The notes: generated by a model not told the origin, from the letters alone. Shown: positions 30,085 to 40,153, counted from the stretch's first letter. The stretch is DNA of 64,000 bases from Pseudobdellovibrionaceae bacterium (GCA_044359815.1 JBIKLL010000004.1:1-64000); one strand, 5' to 3'. Made by a program: numbers and translations.

Positions 30085-30327
30085 TTACTTAGTTTTTTTA
30101 CCAGCGTGTTTTTTAGCTTCTTTTTCACATTTAGTTTTTTCTGCGCCAGTTTTAGTTGAGCAGTCTGTTGTGTGAGCTTCAGCTGTTGTTGTTGCAGCAG
30201 CAGGTGTGCCTGTAGCAGTAGCAGCCGCAGCAGCAGGAGCGTCGTGTCCACCAGCAGCAGGTGTTGGGCTGTTTGCAAAAGCTGACATTGCGAAAAGAGC
30301 AACGATTGCAGAAGTTAATAGTTTCAT
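30085..30327 (-). CDS. Small secreted Ala/Thr-rich protein with Cx10C
   Basis: AAAGGAG RBS, signal peptide, own terminator. Confidence 0.8.
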   Translation of the reverse strand: MKLLTSAIVALFAMSAFANSPTPAAGGHDAPAAAAATATGTPAAATTTAEAHTTDCSTKTGAEKTKCEKEAKKHAGKKTK

Positions 30328-30530
30328 GATTTCTCCTTTTGTTGTTTGAACTGCTAATGCAGTTCTTAAATGTTATTTAAACCGCTAGGGCAGTTCTTAA
30401 TTATTTTTCTTTTAACGGGTAAAATTTAGGTTTCGAAAATTCGAAAGCTTTCTTTGACCGCAAAATTGGACTCAGAAATCTAGCACTATTTTTTTGACTT
30501 GCAATATTCATGGTAGATAATGCTGCTGAT

Positions 30531-31052
30531 ATGAATGCACTTATTTTATTAACAGATGTGGTTGAAAAGTTAGTTTTGCTAAGCCTTGTGGGCCTGTCAG
30601 TGTGGTCTATAAGCACTATTTTGGATCGTCGAAAATTCTTTCAAACCCAAGCTGACAAAGGCTTAGCGGCGAAACTGATAGAGCAAATAAAAAAATTAAA
30701 TAACCCCAATTCAGAGCAGATTTCCCTGCAGTCTCAGATTTATTTTCGGGAAATTAAACCTGAGGTTGAAAAGGGTTTTACGCTGCTGGCCACATTGGGC
30801 TCAAATGCTCCTTTTGTAGGCTTGTTCGGGACAGTCTTGGGGATTATCAGAGCTTTTGCCTATTTGGGGAATCAGACGGGATCCACGGCTGTGATGAATG
30901 GTGTGTCGCAAGCGCTTTACGCCACTGCCATGGGATTGCTGGTTGCTATCCCTGCGGTGATAGCATTTAACGTTTATTCCAGAAAAGCCAAAGATCTGTA
31001 TGCCAGTATCGAAAATAGCAGGGATAGATTTTTACTGGAAAATAAAAAATAA
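30531..31052 (+). CDS. exbB: MotA/TolQ/ExbB proton channel protein
   Basis: [36 protein letters not shown]. Confidence 0.85.
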   Translation: MNALILLTDVVEKLVLLSLVGLSVWSISTILDRRKFFQTQADKGLAAKLIEQIKKLNNPNSEQISLQSQIYFREIKPEVEKGFTLLATLGSNAPFVGLFGTVLGIIRAFAYLGNQTGSTAVMNGVSQALYATAMGLLVAIPAVIAFNVYSRKAKDLYASIENSRDRFLLENKK

Positions 31053-31064
31053 GAGGGATTTCAG

Positions 31065-31478
31065 GTGGGAGCATCCGAGCCAAATAACGATTCTGAAATG
31101 ATTTCCTCGATAAATGTGACACCATTTGTGGATGTGGTGCTGGTGCTTTTGGTGATTTTTATTGTGACTGCCCCTATGCTGATGAAGGATGTGCTAGAGG
31201 TTAAATTGCCAAAAGCCACAAAAGGCGATGGATCCGTCGTCAGTACCTTGGGAATTTCAGTCAATCAGGCTGGGACAATTTTATTAAATGGCCAACCCAC
31301 TGATGATGAGGGCCTGAAATTGGCTGCACAAAATGCCTTAACTGCGGATTCCAATGCTCAAGCAATCATTGCTGCTGATCAAGAGGTCGCTTACAAAAGC
31401 GTGGTCAAAGTCATCGATTTATTAAAATCCGCGGGGTTTGAAAGATACGCATTGCAGATTGAAAGCGAAACCAAGTGA
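31065..31478 (+). CDS. exbD: ExbD/TolR family protein
   Basis: INVTPFVDVVLVLLVIFIVTAP. Confidence 0.88.
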   Translation: MGASEPNNDSEMISSINVTPFVDVVLVLLVIFIVTAPMLMKDVLEVKLPKATKGDGSVVSTLGISVNQAGTILLNGQPTDDEGLKLAAQNALTADSNAQAIIAADQEVAYKSVVKVIDLLKSAGFERYALQIESETK

Positions 31479-32110
31479 CTTCGTTGATGCAAAAGCCACT
31501 GGCTCAGTCAGTGATATTGCATCTGAGTGTTTTGGTTATTCTGTTGGTTCTGAATTTGGTTTCAAAAGTTAAATTCACCAAAAAAATTGAATTTGAAGTT
31601 TACAAACAACCTGTCGTAAGCAGCGCCGTTTTGAATCCAAAAGTTCTGGATGAGCCAACGCCGACGACCATGGCAGCAACCAGAAAAGTTTTTGGCATCA
31701 ATAAAAAATCTTTAACTGCAGAAAGCACAAATGCCGCTGATGTTAAAGTGGGGAACACGGTAGCCAAGGAAAATGATGATTTGATCATGGACGCGAATGA
31801 TGCTGATGCTTTACCCATCCCCACAGATGAATATCTGGTTAAATCAATGCCCGCAGTTATAAAAGAATTCAGAGCACAATATCCAGCTGAAGCTAAGCAG
31901 AAGGAAATCGAAGGTGCTGTGATATTGGAATTGTTAATTGATTCAAATGGCAAAGTCCGAGACATCAATCTGATTAAAGGCATGGGTTACGGAATGGATG
32001 AAGCCGCGATCGATGCATTGAAACAATTTGAATTTCGCCCAGCAGTGGGTCCCGAGGGGCCAGTCGCTGTCAAGATCAGATACACTTACAGATTTTCGCT
32101 AACGGAGTAG
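31475..32110 (+). CDS. tonB: Energy transducer TonB
   Basis: N-terminal SVILH TM; YPAEAK...EG.V...IDSNG.V. Confidence 0.88.
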   Translation: MTSLMQKPLAQSVILHLSVLVILLVLNLVSKVKFTKKIEFEVYKQPVVSSAVLNPKVLDEPTPTTMAATRKVFGINKKSLTAESTNAADVKVGNTVAKENDDLIMDANDADALPIPTDEYLVKSMPAVIKEFRAQYPAEAKQKEIEGAVILELLIDSNGKVRDINLIKGMGYGMDEAAIDALKQFEFRPAVGPEGPVAVKIRYTYRFSLTE

Positions 32111-32112
32111 GA

Positions 32113-34380
32113 ATGAAAAAAATATTTGTAATCTTAATATTATTTTTTAATTTATTGTTTAGTTTTTCCTCGGCCTACGCAATCAATGTAAAGGGGCAGC
32201 TATTTGAAAAAGGCACTAAAAAACCATTAAAAGCTTTTAATATTTTTTTACTACCACAAAAACTAAAAGCCACCACTGACGACAAGGGCAATTTTCAGTT
32301 TACCGAAGTCGAAGGCAATCAGTTTCAGTTAGTGGTTAATCAAACTGGATTTTTGAAATTGAAACAATCATTTTCTGAAGTCACTGAGGCTGAAGAAATA
32401 ATATTGTATTTGGAAAAAGAGAATTATTCGCAATTTGAATCCACTGTTTATTCTAGAAAGAAAAAGCGTGATCAAAGCACAAAAACCATGACCCAAGAGC
32501 AGTTTTTAAATGTGCCCGGAGCTGGCGGTGACCCGGTTAAGGCCATTCAAAATTTACCAGGGGTGAATCGGGTGGCGGGGTTTTCGTCACAGGTTGTGAT
32601 TCAGGGATCAGCACCCAAGGACACAAAGTATTCAATCGATGGGCACGAAATCCCGTTGGCATTCCATTTTGGTGGATTGACCTCGGTGATTACACCGGAA
32701 TCCATCAGTGAAGTAGATTATTTGTCAGCAGGTTATGGATCAGAATTTGGCAGAGCCATTGGTGGAGTCATAAACCTGAAGACCCGTGATCCCAATAATG
32801 ATCCTGATGTCACTCAAAAAGGGTTTGTGTTTTTTGATACCACCAAAACCGGTGGCTTGCTGGAGAAACGAATCGATGAAAACAGCAGTGTGTTGGTGTC
32901 GGGCAGGTATTCGTATATTGGATTTTTTCTGTCCAAAGTTTTAGAGGGTAATGAACAACTGGATTTAACTGTTGCGCCTGAATATTCAGATCTGAACGTG
33001 ACTTACAAAAGCAAACTGTCTGATAAAAGTGATTTTAAATTGGTATCGGTGCTGTCCAGGGACACATTGGGTTTCTTGTTCAAAGAACCCAACCGTGATG
33101 ATCCCAGCGTCAGAGGAAAATTTAACAATGAAACTTATTTTTGGCGGATCATTCCACAGTTCGTATACAAAATCGACGAAGACACTGAAATTGAGTTTTC
33201 CACAGGTATAGGTGAAAATAAAATTTCAATTGAAATAGGTGATTACTTTTTTAATCTGAAAAATTATATTTTGACAGTTAGGGGTGAGTGGCAAAAAAAA
33301 TTAAACTCTAACTGGGTGACGCAAATCGGATTTGATAATCAATACGGGGCTTCACAGGTGGAGTTGAAGCTGCCTGTGTTCAGAACTTCAGGTGGTGTTA
33401 ATAATCCTATTGGAGCATCAGAGGTTCGTCAGGTATCGCTGAATGCCCGAGGCAGTAATACAGCACTGTATTTTCGATCAGAATATGTATCTGATGACAA
33501 AAGTTTTTCGGCGGTCCCTGCATTGCGGGTTGATCAATTTAAATATTTAACCAAGGAAGCCTTTGCAGACCCCCGAATCAGTGCCGAATACAGCTTGAGT
33601 GAGTTTTTTAAATTCAAATCTGCAGCTGGGATTTATCATCAGGTTCCCGAACCTCCAGAAAGGGATAGGTCCTTTGGAAATCCAGAGATCAGAGCGCCTA
33701 AGGCGATTCACGCTTTGTTGGGATTTGAGAAAGATTTTAAAGAAGGCTCCAGTCGCGGTTACAGTTGGGGTGTTTCAGGATTTGATCGATGGTATGAAAA
33801 ACTGGTGATTCAATCATCAAAATACGTCGAACGCGATGGGGTTATACAGCCTGAAATTTACAATAATAATGGTGCTGGCAGATCCTACGGAGTTGAGTCC
33901 TTGGTAAAATTTGATTTTGAACCAATCAATGGCTGGTTCAGCTATACCTGGTCAAAAAGCGTCAGATGGGATGATGTTGTTAGCGTTTATAATTTTGAAT
34001 ATGATCAAACACATAATTTGAATCTGGTGATCAGTTATAAATTACCAAGTAATTGGATGATTTCATCCAGACTGCGCTATGTGACTGGCAATCCCTACAC
34101 TCCTGTTGTCAGTGCCAGCTTTGATGCCAATAATGATGTGTACATACCTAAACGGGGGCCGATTTATAGTGAACGTATGAGGGATTTTAACCAATTGGAT
34201 TTGCGCATTGATAAAAAATGGATCGGCAATCAATCGATTTCCTCAATGTACATAGATATTCAAAATGTTTTAAACCAAGCCAATCCTGAATCAATCAGGT
34301 ACGCTTATGATTATTCAACCAGTCAGACTGTTGATGGACTGCCTTTGTTAGCTGCTATTGGTATCAAGATGGAATTTTAA
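32113..34380 (+). CDS. TonB-dependent receptor
   Basis: Plug VPGAGGDP..AIQNLPGV, GRSYGVE, QLDLRIDK, terminal F. Confidence 0.9.
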   Translation: MKKIFVILILFFNLLFSFSSAYAINVKGQLFEKGTKKPLKAFNIFLLPQKLKATTDDKGNFQFTEVEGNQFQLVVNQTGFLKLKQSFSEVTEAEEIILYLEKENYSQFESTVYSRKKKRDQSTKTMTQEQFLNVPGAGGDPVKAIQNLPGVNRVAGFSSQVVIQGSAPKDTKYSIDGHEIPLAFHFGGLTSVITPESISEVDYLSAGYGSEFGRAIGGVINLKTRDPNNDPDVTQKGFVFFDTTKTGGLLEKRIDENSSVLVSGRYSYIGFFLSKVLEGNEQLDLTVAPEYSDLNVTYKSKLSDKSDFKLVSVLSRDTLGFLFKEPNRDDPSVRGKFNNETYFWRIIPQFVYKIDEDTEIEFSTGIGENKISIEIGDYFFNLKNYILTVRGEWQKKLNSNWVTQIGFDNQYGASQVELKLPVFRTSGGVNNPIGASEVRQVSLNARGSNTALYFRSEYVSDDKSFSAVPALRVDQFKYLTKEAFADPRISAEYSLSEFFKFKSAAGIYHQVPEPPERDRSFGNPEIRAPKAIHALLGFEKDFKEGSSRGYSWGVSGFDRWYEKLVIQSSKYVERDGVIQPEIYNNNGAGRSYGVESLVKFDFEPINGWFSYTWSKSVRWDDVVSVYNFEYDQTHNLNLVISYKLPSNWMISSRLRYVTGNPYTPVVSASFDANNDVYIPKRGPIYSERMRDFNQLDLRIDKKWIGNQSISSMYIDIQNVLNQANPESIRYAYDYSTSQTVDGLPLLAAIGIKMEF

Positions 34381-34405
34381 TTAATAATTAAAAATGAGGA
34401 TTTAA

Positions 34406-35281
34406 ATGACAAAAAAATTAACTAAAGGTTTGCAAAAAATTTTGGTGCTGATTGTAGGAGCTTCGGTGATTTCTTGTGCGGATAAAAATCTGCCGGAATC
34501 ATCAGATTTGACCAATCTGCGGATTTTGGGATTTCGGATCGAAACCAGTCCCGCCAGTTCTCGGGCCGAATTTTCAGCAGGGCAAACATTGACAGTGACC
34601 CCAATTGTTTCAGATATTCCTGGCAGTGGGTTAGAGTACCACGCCGATGCCTGTGTGGATCCCGGTGTGGCTTACGGTGCTGAGCCAACCTGCGATGGGA
34701 ATGCTACCAAGGTTGAGCTTAACTCAGGATTCACGGCGCTGACATCGCCATCGGCAGCAAATAGTTACACAGGATTTGCAGATGCTTTCACGGTGACTCT
34801 GCCAGCCAGTGGAGTTTTGTTTGCTAACAGATCTGATGCCGAAAAATTTAACGGAGTTTCGTATTTGGTTGTTTACACTTTAAAAAGTGGCAATGCGTAC
34901 AAGACTGGATTTACCAGATTGTTGGTTTCGACAAAAACGACAAAAAATTTAAATCCTGATATCACTGACATCAATGTCAACAGCAGTGCATTGACAACAT
35001 ATCCCTTTGGACAAGTTGTGAATTTAAGCGCTAATTTGGCAGTTGGTGCTGAAACCTATCAGGTTCAAAATGTTGATGGCAGTTTTTCATCAGCTACCGA
35101 AAGCGTGATCACCAGTTGGTATATTTCTGATGGCGATATTAATTATTTGCGAACAGACAGCAGTCAGCCCACAACTCAATACACGACAGCGGCCAGTGCC
35201 CCGATCGGTCGTAAAACTTTTGTTATAGCCATTACTCGTGACAATCGCGGAGGCAGTGATGCCGTTGTCTTTGCACAGTAA
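34406..35281 (+). CDS. Lipoprotein associated with the TonB-dependent receptor
   Basis: Lipobox VISC, LRILG, RDNRGG. Confidence 0.75.
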   Translation: MTKKLTKGLQKILVLIVGASVISCADKNLPESSDLTNLRILGFRIETSPASSRAEFSAGQTLTVTPIVSDIPGSGLEYHADACVDPGVAYGAEPTCDGNATKVELNSGFTALTSPSAANSYTGFADAFTVTLPASGVLFANRSDAEKFNGVSYLVVYTLKSGNAYKTGFTRLLVSTKTTKNLNPDITDINVNSSALTTYPFGQVVNLSANLAVGAETYQVQNVDGSFSSATESVITSWYISDGDINYLRTDSSQPTTQYTTAASAPIGRKTFVIAITRDNRGGSDAVVFAQ

Positions 35282-36308
35282 ACGCATCGGGATTATGACC
35301 GGTGGTGGGGATGCCCCTGGTCTGAACGGGGTTATTGAAAGCTCGCTCAGAATTTTGGCCGAACACAATATCGAAATGATTGGTATCTGTGATGGGTTTG
35401 AAGGTTTTTTTGAGGGCCGAACCATGCCTCTGCATCCAGAAAAGCTTTTGTCCCTGCACGCTCAAGCGGGAACTCTGTTGGGGACTTCTAACAAAAGTGT
35501 CGTCAAGGGACGCGAACAAGAATTTATAGAGGGTTATAAGAAATTAAAACTGGATGGATTAATTGCAATCGGTGGTGATGGAACATTTTCGGGACTGTCG
35601 AATGTTAAAGATTTTGTGAAAATGATTGGTGTTCCGAAAACTATCGACAATGATTTGCAGGGAACCGAAGTGACGTTTGGTTTTGATACCGCGTGCAGTG
35701 TGGTTTCAGAAAGCGTGCAGGCTCTTAGAGCCACGGCAGATGCGCACAGAAGAATCATAGTGATTGAAACTATGGGGCGATCGGCGGGTTGGATTGCCCT
35801 GGGTGGTGGATTGGCCAGCTATTCGGATGTGATTTTAATTCCTGAAAAACCTTTTAGTAAGAAAGCATTGGTGGAATTTGTAAAAGACAAAAAAAAATCT
35901 GGGCGCCGAGGTTTAATGGTCGTTGTCGCCGAAAGCGCCATGGCCGAGGGGGAATCGCCGACAGTGGCATTCACAGTGGAAGGAAGTCCTGAAAAGGAAA
36001 GATACGGCGGTATTGCTGAAAAATTGGCTCGCTTTCTGGAAAAAGAAACTGATTGGGAGGCCCGTCATGTTGTCTTGGGTCATTTGCAGAGAAGCCGTTC
36101 ACCCACAACCACTGATCGATTTCTGACATTAGCTATGGGTGTTGAGGCTGGAAAAATGGTTTTATCAGATGATTGGCATCAGGCCGTTGTATATCGAGAA
36201 GGCAAGGTGACAAGAGCTCCCGTGACAGATCTGATGAAACCAGTTAAAAAAGTAAACGCAGATCACAAATGGATCCAAATTGCAGAATCAATTGGGTTGT
36301 TTGTTTGA
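35259..36308 (+). CDS. pfkA: 6-phosphofructokinase
   Basis: TGGGDAPGLN, IGGDGT, PKTIDND, ETMGR, LGHLQR. Confidence 0.93.
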   Translation: MPLSLHSKRIGIMTGGGDAPGLNGVIESSLRILAEHNIEMIGICDGFEGFFEGRTMPLHPEKLLSLHAQAGTLLGTSNKSVVKGREQEFIEGYKKLKLDGLIAIGGDGTFSGLSNVKDFVKMIGVPKTIDNDLQGTEVTFGFDTACSVVSESVQALRATADAHRRIIVIETMGRSAGWIALGGGLASYSDVILIPEKPFSKKALVEFVKDKKKSGRRGLMVVVAESAMAEGESPTVAFTVEGSPEKERYGGIAEKLARFLEKETDWEARHVVLGHLQRSRSPTTTDRFLTLAMGVEAGKMVLSDDWHQAVVYREGKVTRAPVTDLMKPVKKVNADHKWIQIAESIGLFV

Positions 36309-36357
36309 TTTTTGAGTGAATATTAAATTTTGGTTTTTATAAAATTTAGGAGGAAAT

Positions 36358-37332
36358 ATGAAAATTCTTTTAACGGCAATTATGACGATTGTAGGTTCAG
36401 TGGCATTTGCTGCAACTCCAACGGTATCGATAGTAAAACTAAAGTCTTTTCAGGCAGCCGAGAATCCCTCGGGCTGGTGGATTTTTGCAGGTGGAAATGC
36501 CGGTGTTATAAATAGCGATATTCAAGATGGTCTGAGCAACGGATCCATTGCTGGATTCAGGGGGCAAATGGCTCTGTATGCTGAAGAATACGTTTTGGGT
36601 TTTGGTGCCAATGTAGATTCAATTGCATTAGATGCTGTGAAAAACCGCTTTTCTGCTTTGTCATTAGAGGCTAGTGCCAGGTATAGGCTTCCGCAAAGAT
36701 TCAGCGTGGGACCAGAGATTTTAGCTTTTGTTAATCAAGGCGAAAAATTTGGGGACAACAATTACATAACACCTTACTTGGGAGCCTCTGTTTACAAGGA
36801 TGTACCCTATGAGCAAAATATTGTTCGTGTTGGGGCGAAAGTTTTGACTGACGTCACAGTTAGTGAGGAAACTCAGACTCATTTTCAGTTATTGGCTGAA
36901 ATGGGTTGGGGCAGTAGTAACCGGGAAGCTTCAAAACCCGTTGCTGAAGTCCGCAGATCCTACACACAAGAAGAGCTGAAGGTAGCAGAACTAAAATTTG
37001 ATTCAGCATCAGCTGTATTGAGTATTGAGGAAAAACAGAAATTAAAAAATCTTGCTAAGGTGTTACAGCAAAATAAGGATTTATTTAAATCAGTCAGATT
37101 GGTTGGCCATGCGGACAAAAGACCTTTTTCCAGATCTAATCTGAAATTATCAAAAGACAGAGCCAGTTCTGTGGCTCAAGCTTTGAAATTAAATACTGAA
37201 TTGATTGAAGGTGTAGGCACAGCTTATCCGATTTCAAATTCAGACCTCAGCAAAAATCGCAGGGTAGAAATCATGGCCAAAGACATCTCTGATGTCGAGG
37301 CTCTTAAAAAGGCACTTCAGTCGATACAATAA
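36358..37332 (+). CDS. OmpA family protein
   Basis: Signal peptide, beta-barrel, GHAD...NLKLS..RA..V, NRRVEI. Confidence 0.88.
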   Translation: MKILLTAIMTIVGSVAFAATPTVSIVKLKSFQAAENPSGWWIFAGGNAGVINSDIQDGLSNGSIAGFRGQMALYAEEYVLGFGANVDSIALDAVKNRFSALSLEASARYRLPQRFSVGPEILAFVNQGEKFGDNNYITPYLGASVYKDVPYEQNIVRVGAKVLTDVTVSEETQTHFQLLAEMGWGSSNREASKPVAEVRRSYTQEELKVAELKFDSASAVLSIEEKQKLKNLAKVLQQNKDLFKSVRLVGHADKRPFSRSNLKLSKDRASSVAQALKLNTELIEGVGTAYPISNSDLSKNRRVEIMAKDISDVEALKKALQSIQ

Positions 37333-37336
37333 ATCT

Positions 37337-37776
37337 TTGTGTGAATCAGACGACATTCTGATCTGGGGTTAGTTTTCTGAAGCTGGATTTTATATTTTCA
37401 AATATTGCTTTGTTTTATACCTTTTGAATACTTGCTAACGGCCGCAAGCTCATCTCTTGTATTGCATAAATGCAAAGATAATTTGTTTTTACTGTTTTTA
37501 GACACATGCAGCGAGCGTGCGGGGCATATCTGGTGTTGAGTCATTATATAAAAGCAAAAAAATGCTTTTATATAATGATTCAATACGAGAGATGAGCCCG
37601 CGGCCGTTAGCGAGTGTCTAAAAATAGTGAAAAAAATTGTCTTTGCATTTACGCAACACCAGATATGCCATGCGCGCTCGCAAATGTATTCAAAAGGTAT
37701 AAAACAAAGCAATATTTGAAAATATAAAATCCAGCTTCAGAAAACTAACCCCAGATCAGTTTACTGATTCACACAA
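37337..37776. repeat. Nested inverted-repeat element, family II, copy 2
   Basis: Perfect 74-bp arms 37358-37431 / 37686-37759; core nearly identical to 15460-15727; extra pair 37337-37349 / 37764-37776. Confidence 0.95.
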
Positions 37777-38328
37777 TACAGTTTTATAAAACTGGGGCAT
37801 CAGCTTAGAGGCCAAGGCAAAGTCAGGCAGCTGGGATTCTGAGAATCTGGGCTGCAATGTTTTTTCAAACAATTTTCCTGCGTTCTTACATTGTTTTGGT
37901 AAATTTCTGGCAAACTGAGAGGACATAATGTTGTTGATGATTGCATCTAGATCCAACAGAGCCTTTTCGCCAACTTCTTCAATCAGTATTCGGTAAGCTT
38001 TGCCTTCTGGCTTTCTGAATTTTTTGACAAAGGCATTTCTTTCGGTGATTGAGATATCTCTGAGAGGCATCCCTTGTTTTTTACTGTTGCAGTATAAGTA
38101 AGAATTTTTCATATAGTTTGCAAAAGTAATGGTGGCGACAGCGGTCTTGTTTTTAAAACAAGGTCTCAGCGATATCTCCTGTTCAGAATTCTCGGCCACC
38201 ATTTCTGAAATCTGAAAATGATCTTCCAGATGTAAATCGTATTCAGAAATAGTTTCTTGAGCTTTAAGTTGTTCAAACATCAAAACGATCACTGAAAACA
38301 CAACAGCAACAACGATCCAACGATTCAT
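37756..38328 (-). CDS. Secreted hypothetical protein
   Basis: GGAGGT RBS, signal peptide, four Cys. Confidence 0.72.
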   Translation of the reverse strand: MNRWIVVAVVFSVIVLMFEQLKAQETISEYDLHLEDHFQISEMVAENSEQEISLRPCFKNKTAVATITFANYMKNSYLYCNSKKQGMPLRDISITERNAFVKKFRKPEGKAYRILIEEVGEKALLDLDAIINNIMSSQFARNLPKQCKNAGKLFEKTLQPRFSESQLPDFALASKLMPQFYKTVLCESVN

Positions 38329-38512
38329 TTAAAACCTCCCCAAAGTATTTACAGATTAAATGGCTCTAATTCTGATTTGTAACCCTTTGACCCGGCTTTT
38401 CTGGACCAAGGTCCTAATTTTATTTTGATGGACAAGCTTCTGTTTCGGACAAAAAATATCAGTTCAAAGATTTTAACCAATCCCATTTTTGGGATTTATC
38501 CATGGAGGATTA

Positions 38513-38710
38513 ATGGCAAAAAAGAAAATGGAATCTGTCGTCGTCAGCAGTAAGGCTAAAGCGATTTTAAAAAAATATAATATGAATGTGGCAAGCGATG
38601 CATTTGAAGGTCTGAACGGAGTTTTGTATTGGTATTTGGAGCAAGCTGCTAAGCGAGCCAAAGCCAACGGTCGCAAAACAGTTCGAGCCCATGATTTTAT
38701 TATCGGTTAA
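38513..38710 (+). CDS. Bacterial histone (single histone fold, 65 aa)
   Basis: GGAGG RBS; VVVSSKAKAILK...ASDAFEGLN...AAKRAKANGRKTVRAHDF matches the archaeal/bacterial RxTxxxxD histone pattern. Confidence 0.88.
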   Translation: MAKKKMESVVVSSKAKAILKKYNMNVASDAFEGLNGVLYWYLEQAAKRAKANGRKTVRAHDFIIG

Positions 38711-38727
38711 TTGAGTTTTTATTTGTG

Positions 38728-38754
38728 GTGGATTTGGAAACAAATCCACTTTTT
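38728..38754 (+). terminator. Intrinsic terminator after the histone gene
   Basis: GTGGATTTG-GAAA-CAAATCCAC-TTTTT. Confidence 0.8.
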
Positions 38755-38791
38755 CTTTGCGATCTGAAAAGAAGACTCTTAGAATTTATTA

Positions 38792-40153
38792 ATGAAAACC
38801 ATATTATTTATTTTGCTGTTTCCTGTTTTGACAATTGCTTCTACGGACGAAACCATCAGTGTATACGACACAGATTTGGGATTGGTCCCTGATCTGACGG
38901 CAGAGCAAATGTTTGTGCCTTCACCGAAAGCTGATGATTATGCAAAAACTCAGTTGGTTTTAAAAAGATTTGGAATATCAGACCGGACTAATACACCCGA
39001 GTTTTTAAGAGACTTACAAAACACCGCAAGCGTTTTGCAGATTCAGCATCTGCTGAAATTTTTTGATACTGAGAATGTTTTTAATCGGTTCGCAAAAATC
39101 CAAAATGACAAAATTTCAATGTACAAGGATTTTGGCTTTCAAAAAGTTTTGGATTTTAGTTTTCAATTGAATCCTGGTGACCAAGACTACAGAAATGACA
39201 AACCTCTGCAGGGCCTGAGGGTTGCTCTGGATCCTGGTCACATGGGCGGGCAGTATTGGGATAAGGCAACCGGCAAATACGTCACAGACGGCCGAGGTAA
39301 TTATTTATCAGAAGGTGTCTTAAATCTGCAGGTTGCATTGTTGCTTAAGGAACAATTGCGAAAATTGGGAGCCATAGTGTTGGTGACTCATGAAAACTTG
39401 GGACCTGTTTCAAAGCTTGATCACAGAAATTTTGACATTACTCCATACGCAAAAAATGAACTTAGAGACAGTGTCTTATCGTCATGGTTTTTAAAACTCT
39501 TAAATGCTCACAGCCGCGAGGAAGATTTAGGTTTGGCTTTTGAAAACAGTCCTGAGCGGAAAAAATTGTATTCTGATCGACGACGGAGCGAGTACTTTAT
39601 AAAAAGAGCTGATTTGTTTGAAAGAACCAGATTGATCGACGATTTTAAAGCTGATGTGTCGTTGATCATTCATTTTGACACTTCTGATCCAGCCTCTAAC
39701 CCTAACGGTTTGAATCCCAGATCACCTAACGCCACTAAGATTTTTGTGGTGGGTGGATATGATTCATCGGAGCTGGCATCATCGGCTCAGAAAAAATATT
39801 TTGCCAGACATTTATTGGATTATAAATCCTGGAGGCAGTCATTAAATCTGTCTCGAAGCTTGGTCAAAAGCATGACTCAAGAATTAGGAACTAAGGCTCA
39901 GGTTTTAAGTCGTCCTTCGGTCATGGTAGAGCCTGGAATCATTGCCAGAAATCTGATCGTTCCCAGGATTAGCAAAACTCCGGCTATGGCCTACATTGAA
40001 TGTTTGTATTACAATAGGCCTCAAGAATTTGTGGCTTTGTCGCAAAAACACCACGTGATGAAAATAGATGGGAAAGATTATTATTATTCTGATCGGTTAA
40101 AACAGGTATCAGATTCCATATTGGCAGGTTTGTTAGACTACGTCAGAAACTAA
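38792..40153 (+). CDS. N-acetylmuramoyl-L-alanine amidase (Amidase_3)
   Basis: VALDPGHMGG, E..LNL.VA..L, L..R.....ADVSLIIH, YIEC. Confidence 0.85.
   Translation: MKTILFILLFPVLTIASTDETISVYDTDLGLVPDLTAEQMFVPSPKADDYAKTQLVLKRFGISDRTNTPEFLRDLQNTASVLQIQHLLKFFDTENVFNRFAKIQNDKISMYKDFGFQKVLDFSFQLNPGDQDYRNDKPLQGLRVALDPGHMGGQYWDKATGKYVTDGRGNYLSEGVLNLQVALLLKEQLRKLGAIVLVTHENLGPVSKLDHRNFDITPYAKNELRDSVLSSWFLKLLNAHSREEDLGLAFENSPERKKLYSDRRRSEYFIKRADLFERTRLIDDFKADVSLIIHFDTSDPASNPNGLNPRSPNATKIFVVGGYDSSELASSAQKKYFARHLLDYKSWRQSLNLSRSLVKSMTQELGTKAQVLSRPSVMVEPGIIARNLIVPRISKTPAMAYIECLYYNRPQEFVALSQKHHVMKIDGKDYYYSDRLKQVSDSILAGLLDYVRN

Noticed and set aside
37398..37712. 104-aa ORF inside the palindromic element
   Set aside because: Lies wholly in the repeat, has no RBS or protein-like features; likely spurious
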